From Mycolicibacterium smegmatis (GTDB taxonomy: Bacteria > Actinomycetota > Actinomycetes > Mycobacteriales > Mycobacteriaceae), in assembly GCF_001457595.1 (NCBI RefSeq), contig NZ_LN831039.1:6810001-6842000 (forward strand): a stretch of 32,000 bases of DNA. Reading direction: 5' to 3'. The notes beneath the pieces are model-generated. The model searched no databases. It saw only the letters and a list, made by a program, of their open reading frames with translations, and was not told the origin of the DNA. Positions 7,544 through 14,717 of this stretch are shown in pieces. Made by a program: the position numbers and the translations under genes. The first letter of the stretch is position 1; each line of letters starts with the position of its first letter.

Positions 7544-8746
7544 ATGTTCCGACAAAGTATGCGGGGGCTTCGCGTGCTCGACTTCACCCACGTCGTCGCG
7601 GGTCCGCTGTGCACCATGACCCTCGCCGACCTGGGTGCCGACGTGGTCAAGGTCGAGCCGCCGACCGGTGAGATCGGCCGCCGCATCGGCCCGCCATGGC
7701 GCGACGGGCAAAGTGTCATCTGGCAAAGCGTCAATCGGAACAAACGCAGCCTGACCCTCGACCTGAAGACGCCGGCGGGCCGACGCGCGGCGCGACGCAT
7801 GGCCCGCCAGGCCGACGTTGTCGTCGAGAGTTTCCGGCCCGGTGTCATGACCGACCTCGACCTCGGGTACGACACGCTGGCGTCGGCCAACCCCGCACTG
7901 GTCTACTGCTCGATCTCCGCGTTCGGCCAGGCAGGCCCGGCCAGCGACCGCCCCGGTGTGGACGGGATCATGCAGGCCGTCACCGGGCTGATGAGCACTC
8001 TGGGTGAGCCCGAGTCCGGGCCCGCGAAGGTCCAGGTGCCCGCGGCCGACATGGTGACCGGCTACCTCGCGTCGATAGCCGTGCTCGCCGCACTGCACGA
8101 GGTGCGCGACGGCGGACGCGGACAGCATCTCGACGTCAGCCTCTACAACGCGACGATCCTGTTGCAGCAGATCGGGTTCGCCTCCTACCTGGCCTCGGGT
8201 ACCGAACCCCAGCGGCTCGGCAGCGCCGCCCCGTACGCCGCACCCAACGAGGCGCTCCCGACGGCCGACGGCTGGATCATGATCGCCGCGTACGACCCCG
8301 CGCGTTGGAACGCGCTGTGCGACGCGCTCGGTGCACCGGACCTGAGTTCGGATGCCCGCTTCGCCACCAACGACGACCGTGTCCGCAACCGCCCGGCCCT
8401 GCGCACCGAGTTGGGCCGTCTGCTGCGGGCCCGCACCACACAGGTGTGGCTCGACGTCCTCTCGGCACGGGACATCCTGTGCGCCCCGGTCAACGGATAC
8501 GGGCAGGTCGTGGCGTCCCCCGAATACGCCGCGAGCGGTCTGCACCGACCCATCGGTCCGATCGATACACCGGGCCTGGTCCTCGGCCCGTCACAGCCGG
8601 CCGCCCCGCCGGACACCGCACCCCCGGCACCCGGCCAGCATTCCGCGGAAGTGCTTGCCGAATACGGACTTTCGGAGGACGAGGTGGCAGCCCTGATCGA
8701 ACACGGCGTCGTCAACGACGTCGCACCATCCCGAGCCGCGAGCTGA
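7544..8746 (+). CDS. Family III CoA-transferase (CaiB/BaiF-like), 400 aa
   Basis: ORF 7544..8746 with SD GGAGAG. N-terminus GLRVLDFTHVVAGPLCTMTLADLGADVVKVEPP is the hallmark of family III CoA-transferases. Confidence 0.88.
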   Translation: MFRQSMRGLRVLDFTHVVAGPLCTMTLADLGADVVKVEPPTGEIGRRIGPPWRDGQSVIWQSVNRNKRSLTLDLKTPAGRRAARRMARQADVVVESFRPGVMTDLDLGYDTLASANPALVYCSISAFGQAGPASDRPGVDGIMQAVTGLMSTLGEPESGPAKVQVPAADMVTGYLASIAVLAALHEVRDGGRGQHLDVSLYNATILLQQIGFASYLASGTEPQRLGSAAPYAAPNEALPTADGWIMIAAYDPARWNALCDALGAPDLSSDARFATNDDRVRNRPALRTELGRLLRARTTQVWLDVLSARDILCAPVNGYGQVVASPEYAASGLHRPIGPIDTPGLVLGPSQPAAPPDTAPPAPGQHSAEVLAEYGLSEDEVAALIEHGVVNDVAPSRAAS

Positions 8747-8755
8747 GGAGTTCCG

Positions 8756-9538
8756 ATGAGCACATCCCTGGTCCACACCGACGTCGCCGACGGCGTCTTC
8801 ACCCTCACCCTCGACGCACCCGACACCGGCAACGCGCTCGACGTCGCGATGACGAATGCCGTTGCGAATGCGCTCGAACGGGCCAACGCCATGCCCGACG
8901 TGCACTGCGTGCTGATCCGATCGAGCGGACGGCATTTCTGTACCGGGGGAAACGTCAAAGACATGGCGCGCGGCACAGATCTGATGGCCGGCACCGCGGC
9001 CGAGGTCCAGCATCGACTCCGCGCGGGGTTGCACCGGATCACCCGGGCACTGCACGGGCTCGAGGTGCCCTCGGTCGCGGCCGTCAACGGTGCGGCCGTG
9101 GGCGCCGGGTTCGATCTCGCGCTGATGTGCGACGTACGTATCGCCGCGCAATCCGCGCGGTTCGCCGAAAGCTTCCTGCGCCTCGGTCTCGTGTCGGGAA
9201 TCGGCGGGGCCTGGTTCCTCACGCGGATCGTCGGGGTCGCCAAGGCGATGGAACTGACGCTAACCAGCGAGTTCATCACGGCGGAAACTGCACATGAGCT
9301 TCGCATCGTCTCAAGGGTGGTACCCGACGAGGACCTGGACCAGGAGTGCCTGGCCCTGGCCCGCACGGTCGCGGCCAACCCGCCACAGGCGCTGCGGATG
9401 GCCAAACGTCTGGTTCGGGAATCTGCCGAGTCCGGGCTTCCGGCCGCACTGGAAATGGCCGCGTCGATGCAGGCGATCCTGCTGTGCGGCGACGAACACC
9501 GCAGCAGGGTTCAACAGTTCCTTGCCGCGAGAAACTGA
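8756..9538 (+). CDS. Enoyl-CoA hydratase/isomerase (crotonase) family protein, 260 aa
   Basis: ORF 8756..9538 with SD GAGGAG. Crotonase pattern FTLTLDAPDTGNAL...FCTGGNVKDM...AAVNGAAVGAGFDLALMCDVRIAA...FAESFLRLGLVSG. The first catalytic Glu position of hydratases is Asp here (codon 9113-9115). Confidence 0.88.
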   Translation: MSTSLVHTDVADGVFTLTLDAPDTGNALDVAMTNAVANALERANAMPDVHCVLIRSSGRHFCTGGNVKDMARGTDLMAGTAAEVQHRLRAGLHRITRALHGLEVPSVAAVNGAAVGAGFDLALMCDVRIAAQSARFAESFLRLGLVSGIGGAWFLTRIVGVAKAMELTLTSEFITAETAHELRIVSRVVPDEDLDQECLALARTVAANPPQALRMAKRLVRESAESGLPAALEMAASMQAILLCGDEHRSRVQQFLAARN

Positions 9539-9559
9539 TCATCTCAACGAGGAGATACC

Positions 9560-10915
9560 GTGTCCGGCAAAGAATCCAAGACCGGGATCATGCAGATCCT
9601 GAGCACGTCGAGTATCGGTGCGATGCTCGAGTACTACGACTTCTTCGTCTACGTCGCCCTCACCGGCACGCTCACCGAACTGTTCCTGCCCGCCGGGGAC
9701 AGGACGGTCGCGATGCTGCTGGGCGCGGCCACCTTCGGGGTGTCCTACCTCGCCCGACCGCTCGGCACGGTGATCTTCAGCCCGATGTCCGACCGGATCG
9801 GCCGTAAGAAGACCTTCGTTTTCACCCTCGCGGTCATGGGTGTCGCGACGGTCGCGATCGGGTGCCTGCCCACCTACGCCGCGATCGGGGTATGGGCACC
9901 GGCGATGCTGCTGTTCCTGCGAATCGTCCAAGGCGTGGGACTCGGCGGCGAATACGGATCGGCCGTCGTGTACGTGACAGAACACGCTCCCGCCGAACGC
10001 CGGGGACGCTACACGAGCGTGCTGCAGAGCACCGCGACCGTCGGCCTGCTGTTCGCGCTCGTGCTCGTGTCACTGCTCAAGGTGCTCCTGTCGGACGAGG
10101 CGTTCACCAGCTGGGGATGGCGCGTGCCGTTCCTGGTCTCGGCACCGATCGTGCTGGTCGCCACCCTGATTCGACTGCGGATGCAAGAAACACCGGTGTT
10201 CACCGCACTTCAGGATTCCGGGCAGCTGTCGAAGACACCCCTGCTGGACACCGTCCGCACCTGGAGTTCCTGGAAGTCGATCCTTCTCGGCATGTTCGGT
10301 GCCCAGGGCGGCACGTCGGTCACGCTGTACACCTCGATCATCTACATGCTGTACTTCCTGCAGCATGTGCTCGAGGTCGACCAGACCCACACCAACCTGT
10401 GCCTCGCCGTCGCGATTGTCATTGCGGCACCGTGCTATCCGTTGTTCGGCGCATGGTCCGACCGTGTCGGCCGGTCCCGCGTCATGCTGACGGGCATCGT
10501 GCTGTGGATGCTCGCCGCGTATCCCGCCTTCGCGGGTATCCGCACTGCGGTCGGGTCGTCCTCGTGGGTCACGGTTTCCGCGCTCATCTCGGTGCTCGCC
10601 GTACTCACCGCCATGGTCATGGCCCCACTGCCCGCATTCATCACCGAACAGTTCCCGCCACAGAGTCGCACCACTGGCTTCGGTTTCGCCCAGCAGTTGG
10701 GCAACATCCTGTTCGGCGGTTTCCTCCCGTTGATCAGCCTGTCGCTCGTCGACGCCACCGGGAACCAACTGGCCGGGGTCGGATACTCCATCGCGTCACT
10801 CATACCGTGCCTGGCCGTGACACTGTTTTGGGGTCTGCGTTCCGAACGGTCCCGCCGTCACGACATCTCGGCCCGGTCGGCACTTTCCGTCCGGCGCGAA
10901 CCCCAGACGCTGTGA
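9560..10915 (+). CDS. MFS transporter, metabolite:H+ symporter (MHS) type, 451 aa
   Basis: ORF 9560..10915, GTG start 4 nt after SD GAGGAGA. SSIGAMLEYYDFFVYV and DRIGRKKTF motifs are typical of MHS carboxylate/osmolyte symporters. About 12 hydrophobic segments. Confidence 0.85.
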   Translation: MSGKESKTGIMQILSTSSIGAMLEYYDFFVYVALTGTLTELFLPAGDRTVAMLLGAATFGVSYLARPLGTVIFSPMSDRIGRKKTFVFTLAVMGVATVAIGCLPTYAAIGVWAPAMLLFLRIVQGVGLGGEYGSAVVYVTEHAPAERRGRYTSVLQSTATVGLLFALVLVSLLKVLLSDEAFTSWGWRVPFLVSAPIVLVATLIRLRMQETPVFTALQDSGQLSKTPLLDTVRTWSSWKSILLGMFGAQGGTSVTLYTSIIYMLYFLQHVLEVDQTHTNLCLAVAIVIAAPCYPLFGAWSDRVGRSRVMLTGIVLWMLAAYPAFAGIRTAVGSSSWVTVSALISVLAVLTAMVMAPLPAFITEQFPPQSRTTGFGFAQQLGNILFGGFLPLISLSLVDATGNQLAGVGYSIASLIPCLAVTLFWGLRSERSRRHDISARSALSVRREPQTL

Positions 10916-10939
10916 ACCCGCGTACGATTGTCGGGCGTG

Positions 10940-11827
10940 ATGGCCCGACGGGACCAGCTACCACCCTTGAATCCCACCAGGGTGTTCGAGGTGACGGGCC
11001 GGCTGCTGAGCGTCTCCAAGGCCGCGGCCGAACTCTCGGTCACACCGGCCGCGGTCAGCCGCCAGGTACGGGCGCTGGAGCACTTCCTGGGCGTGCGCCT
11101 GTTCAACCGCGCCCCCAGCGGGTTGGAGCTGACGCCCGCGGGGGCCCGCTATCTGGCCGAGATCGGGCCGCTGTTCACGGCCCTGGAGAAGGCCACGGAG
11201 GCGGTGCGGCCCGGGGCGCGGAGCACGACGCTGAAGATCCGCTCCCCCGCCACATTCGCGGTGCGGTGGCTGATCCCACGGTTCGCGAGCTTTCACCGCC
11301 TGCACCCGGAGATCGACGTCCAGCTCACCACGTCACCGGCGCCGATCGACCTCGAACGCGAGGATCTCGATGCCGGCGTGCAACTGGGCGACGGCGATTG
11401 GCCCGGGGTACGCACACAGCCGCTGATCCCCAACGAACTGGTCCCGGTCGTGGCGCCACATGCGCGAACCGGTCTCACCGATCCCGCCGCATTGGCCGAC
11501 GCCACACTGCTGCACTCATTGGCACGGATCGACGACTGGGCCCGGTGGTTACAGGCCGCCGGGGTGGATACATCAGGCGCATACAGCGGGATGAGGTATG
11601 AGACGTCGCTGCTGGCCTATCAGGCCGCCATCGAGGGCCACGGCGTCGCGATCGCGCAGAAGGCGCTGGTGCAGAAGGAACTTGCCGACGGGTCTCTCGT
11701 CATGCCGTTCGATTTCGTCCTCGACGAGGGCCGCCGCACCTACTACTTCGTCTGGCATGCGCAGCGCAGGCCCTCCGCGGCGCTCAGCGCGTTCCGCGAG
11801 TGGCTCACCACCGCCGTCGACAACTGA
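10940..11827 (+). CDS. LysR-family transcriptional regulator (GcvA-like N-terminus)
   Basis: ORF 10928..11827; I prefer ATG at 10940. LPPLNPTRVFEVTGRLLSVSKAAAELSVTPAAVSRQVRALEHFLGVRLFNR is a GcvA-type wHTH, followed by a LysR substrate-binding domain. Confidence 0.88.
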   Translation: MARRDQLPPLNPTRVFEVTGRLLSVSKAAAELSVTPAAVSRQVRALEHFLGVRLFNRAPSGLELTPAGARYLAEIGPLFTALEKATEAVRPGARSTTLKIRSPATFAVRWLIPRFASFHRLHPEIDVQLTTSPAPIDLEREDLDAGVQLGDGDWPGVRTQPLIPNELVPVVAPHARTGLTDPAALADATLLHSLARIDDWARWLQAAGVDTSGAYSGMRYETSLLAYQAAIEGHGVAIAQKALVQKELADGSLVMPFDFVLDEGRRTYYFVWHAQRRPSAALSAFREWLTTAVDN

Positions 11828-11907
11828 CCGAACCGTTCTGACATCGCCAACCCCGGAGAGGCCCGCCGAGCCGTGACCGACTACACAACAATGAAAACAG
11901 CCGGCCG

Positions 11908-12651
11908 GTGGCCGGGGTGGGCCTAATCCGCCTCGACCGGCCGGACGCGCTCAACGCGCTCAATCAAACGCTGGAGGCCGAGGTCCTCGATGCCGCACGT
12001 GATTTCGATTCCGACCCCGAGATCGGCGCCATCGTGGTGACCGGTTCTGAGCGTGCGTTCGCGGCCGGCGCCGACATCGCCGAGATGGTCACCCTCACCC
12101 CGCACCAGGCGCGGGAGCGAAACCTGTTGTCGGGCTGGGACTCTCTGACGCAGGTCCGAAAACCGATCGTCGCGGCGGTCGCCGGCTACGCCCTGGGCGG
12201 TGGCTGCGAACTCGCCATGCTGTGCGACCTGGTCATCGCGGCCGACACGGCCAGATTCGGCCTGCCCGAGATCACCCTCGGCATCCTGCCGGGTCTCGGT
12301 GGGACGCAACGGCTCGCGCGGGCGATCGGGAAGGCCAAGGCCATGGACCTGTGCCTCACGGGGCGCAGCCTGACCGCCGAAGAGGCCGAGAGGGTGGGCC
12401 TCGTCAGCCGCATCATCCCGGCTGCCGCTCTGCTCGACGAAGCCCTCGCCGTCGCGCAGCGCATCGCGAGCATGTCGCGCCCGGCGAGCAGGGCGGTCAA
12501 GGACGCGATCAACGAGGCGTTCGAGAGGCCGTTGTCCGAGGGCATGCGATACGAACGTGAAGCCTTCTACGCCATGTTCGACACCAACGACCAGACCGAG
12601 GGCATGACCGCGTTCCTGGAGAAACGTTCGCCGCAGTTCACCGACCGATGA
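11908..12651 (+). CDS. echA8: Enoyl-CoA hydratase, EchA8-like (short-chain crotonase)
   Basis: ORF 11908..12651. [48 protein letters not shown]...[18 protein letters not shown] closely follows my recollection of M. tuberculosis EchA8. Both catalytic Glu are present. The N-terminus looks truncated or frameshifted (see findings). Confidence 0.85.
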   Translation: MAGVGLIRLDRPDALNALNQTLEAEVLDAARDFDSDPEIGAIVVTGSERAFAAGADIAEMVTLTPHQARERNLLSGWDSLTQVRKPIVAAVAGYALGGGCELAMLCDLVIAADTARFGLPEITLGILPGLGGTQRLARAIGKAKAMDLCLTGRSLTAEEAERVGLVSRIIPAAALLDEALAVAQRIASMSRPASRAVKDAINEAFERPLSEGMRYEREAFYAMFDTNDQTEGMTAFLEKRSPQFTDR

Positions 12652-12662
12652 GCAGACGGGCC

Positions 12663-13103
12663 CTACTCAGGGGTGACCCGCATCTCCTGGCCCGGGTGCG
12701 AACTGAGGGTGACCACCACCGTCCCGCTGCCGGGGTCGATGGTCTTGTTGGCGTACCCGATGAAACCGTAGTGCCCGTCGATCGTGGACACCGCGGTGAT
12801 GTCCTCGCTCCCCGAAGCGCCCGTGTCGAGGTTCTTCCAGTCGGCGGTCACGGTGATCGTGCACGAGCCGTCGTAGATGCCCGCGTCGTAGTTGATGGTC
12901 ACCCGCACCCCGTCGTGCACCTGGTAGTCGACCTGCACAGGCACCACCATGGCCTCACCGCGGACGGTGCCGCCACATGTGGGCGACGGCTGTACGGGGG
13001 CCCAGTCCAGATACGCGACCGGCTCGGCGTATGCAGTGCCGGGAAACAACCAGGGCACGGTCAGGGCCACAACAAGGGCACCGGCGGCACGGAATGCGGT
13101 CAT
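12663..13103 (-). CDS. Small secreted protein of unknown function (146 aa, Sec-type signal peptide, one Cys pair)
   Basis: C-terminal part of the artefactual 669-aa ORF 12663..14672. ATG at 13103 follows SD AAGGA. MTAFRAAGALVVALTVPWLFPGTAYA|EP is a signal peptide. Mature part is beta-rich and has strong G/C third-position bias. Confidence 0.65.
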   Translation of the reverse strand: MTAFRAAGALVVALTVPWLFPGTAYAEPVAYLDWAPVQPSPTCGGTVRGEAMVVPVQVDYQVHDGVRVTINYDAGIYDGSCTITVTADWKNLDTGASGSEDITAVSTIDGHYGFIGYANKTIDPGSGTVVVTLSSHPGQEMRVTPE

Positions 13104-13147
13104 GTTGTCCTTATCGACGATCGTCCCTGTCGCGTTAGCTCGCGCGC

Positions 13148-13795
13148 TCACGGCAGCCGCGACTGCAACACCGTCACGCCGGGTCCGGTGAGCCGGTCGA
13201 GTGCGACGGTACGCCCGCACACGGCAAGCATCACCGCCGCGCCCGGGCCTCGGATCTCCTGACCCGCACCCCACGTCCGCCCGGTGTCCTCGTCGCGCAG
13301 CGCGAGGCCGCGCAGGCGCCGCTGCGGGAAGAAGCCGAACTGGGTTCGGCTGGTGAGGAAGTCGAGCACCCAGGCGACGTGTTCCGGATCGGGCCGGTGC
13401 GCGAGCCCCAGCGGGATGCGGATGTCCGCACCGTGGACCAGCACGTCGGTGAGCCCGGACAGCGGCCCGGTGATGGGTGGGCTCAGGCGAAAATCGGCCT
13501 GGGTGCGCAACGTCTCGGCGATCTCGGCCGCGGAGGCTTGCGCACGCCGACGGGCCAGGGCGTCGATGCCCTTGTCCATGTTGCCGTGCCGGATGCCGCT
13601 GACGAGAAAACCCCGGAAACCGTCGGAGAAATCGCTCACCAGATGCGCGGCCACGGTCTTCACATCCCAGCCGCCGCACAGACTGGGCGTCGCCAACTGT
13701 TCCGGTGTGAGGCCGTCGATCAGATCCGCGATCCCGCGGCGTTCGTGGGCGACCGCGTCGAAAACCCGGTCGCGCTCCGCTGTACTCAGCCGCAC
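13148..13795 (-). CDS. DinB-fold, maleylpyruvate-isomerase-family (mycothiol-dependent enzyme family) protein, 215 aa
   Basis: ORF 13148..13795, GTG start. ERDRVFDAVAHERRGIADLIDGLTPEQLATPSLCGGWDVKTVAAHL matches the actinobacterial DinB/MDMPI N-terminal pattern. Confidence 0.75.
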   Translation of the reverse strand: MRLSTAERDRVFDAVAHERRGIADLIDGLTPEQLATPSLCGGWDVKTVAAHLVSDFSDGFRGFLVSGIRHGNMDKGIDALARRRAQASAAEIAETLRTQADFRLSPPITGPLSGLTDVLVHGADIRIPLGLAHRPDPEHVAWVLDFLTSRTQFGFFPQRRLRGLALRDEDTGRTWGAGQEIRGPGAAVMLAVCGRTVALDRLTGPGVTVLQSRLP

Positions 13796-13801
13796 ATCCG
13801 C

Positions 13802-13807
13802 AGACTA
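13802..13807 (-). promoter_or_regulatory. -10 box (TAGTCT on the minus strand) positioned for a leaderless transcript of the DinB-like gene
   Basis: The minus strand reads GGTAGTCTGCGGAT-GTG. A TANNNT hexamer sits 6 nt upstream of the GTG start (13795). There is no SD, and the divergent gap is only 37 bp. Confidence 0.35.
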
Positions 13808-13832
13808 CCGGCGCGTGCAACACTGAGATTTC

Positions 13833-14705
13833 ATGGATCTCGCCTACAGTCACGTCGACGTCTTCAGCCGGGTCCCGTTCGGCGGCAACAGCCTGCCGGT
13901 GTTTCCCGATGCCCGCGGTCTCAGCGGCGAACAGATGCTGCGCATCACCCAGGAGATGCGGCACTTCGAAGCGATCTTCCTCGAATCCACCGATCAACCC
14001 GATACCGTGCGTGCGCGGATCTTCGATCTGTTCGACGAACTGCCGTTCGCCGGGCACCCGATCATCGGCGCGGCCGCGGTCCTGCACAGACGCTCCGGCA
14101 TCGCCACGCCATGCACCTGGCGGTTCCAACTGGCCGCCGCGACGGTCGAGATCACCACAGAATCCACGGCCGCGGGTTACTCGGGTGTGCTCGACCAGGG
14201 CACTCCGGAATTCCTGGGCCAGGTGGATGACCGCGATCAGGTCGCCGCGGCGTTCGATCTTGTGCCCGACGACCTCGCAGCCGACCTGCCCATGGAGGTG
14301 GTGAGCACGGGGCTTCGCTACCTGATCGTCCCCGTCGGCCCGGGCGCCCTGGCGCGGGGCCGGATATCTCGGGACATCACCGAGATGTTGCGTGGATTCG
14401 GCGCCCAGTTCGCGGTGTTGTTCGACGAATCCGCCGTCGAGGTACGGCACTGGAACAACGACGGCATCATCGAGGACGTCGCGACCGGTAGCGCCGCGGG
14501 GGTGATCGGCGCCTACCGCCTGCGCCACGGCCTGGTCAGCGGCGGTGAGTCCTTCGTGCTGCGGCAGGGGCAGTACACCGGTCGTCCCAGCACTCTGCGT
14601 GTACTCGCCGAGGGCAGCACCGACTACGTCGAGACGGTCAAGGTCGGCGGCGACGTCTCGTTCGTGGGGCACGGTGTGATCGAAGTGCTGCCGGGCGCAC
14701 GTTGA
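13833..14705 (+). CDS. PhzF-family isomerase-like protein, 290 aa
   Basis: ORF 13833..14705. HVDVFSRVPFGGNSLPVFPDARGLSGEQMLRITQEMRHFEAIFL ... FAGHPIIGAA is the typical PhzF-family N-terminus. Confidence 0.85.
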   Translation: MDLAYSHVDVFSRVPFGGNSLPVFPDARGLSGEQMLRITQEMRHFEAIFLESTDQPDTVRARIFDLFDELPFAGHPIIGAAAVLHRRSGIATPCTWRFQLAAATVEITTESTAAGYSGVLDQGTPEFLGQVDDRDQVAAAFDLVPDDLAADLPMEVVSTGLRYLIVPVGPGALARGRISRDITEMLRGFGAQFAVLFDESAVEVRHWNNDGIIEDVATGSAAGVIGAYRLRHGLVSGGESFVLRQGQYTGRPSTLRVLAEGSTDYVETVKVGGDVSFVGHGVIEVLPGAR

Positions 14706-14717
14706 CCCGACCGCCCG

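Noticed and set aside
6370-9405. Minus-strand ORFs 6370..7353, 7496..8545 and 8185..9405 (327-406 aa).
   Set aside because: They are antisense to the MetX-like, CoA-transferase and crotonase genes. There are no motifs or SDs, and the composition is shadow-ORF-like.
9862-11601. 579-aa plus-strand ORF spanning the MFS and LysR genes.
   Set aside because: It is out of frame with two well-supported genes and crosses their intergenic stop/start. It is Arg/Pro/Gly-rich with no motifs.
12663-14672. 669-aa minus-strand ORF, the longest in the track.
   Set aside because: It is a composite artefact. Only its last 146 codons (12663-13103) look coding. The region is better explained by the DinB-like gene (another minus frame) and the PhzF-like gene (plus strand), both with family-typical sequences.
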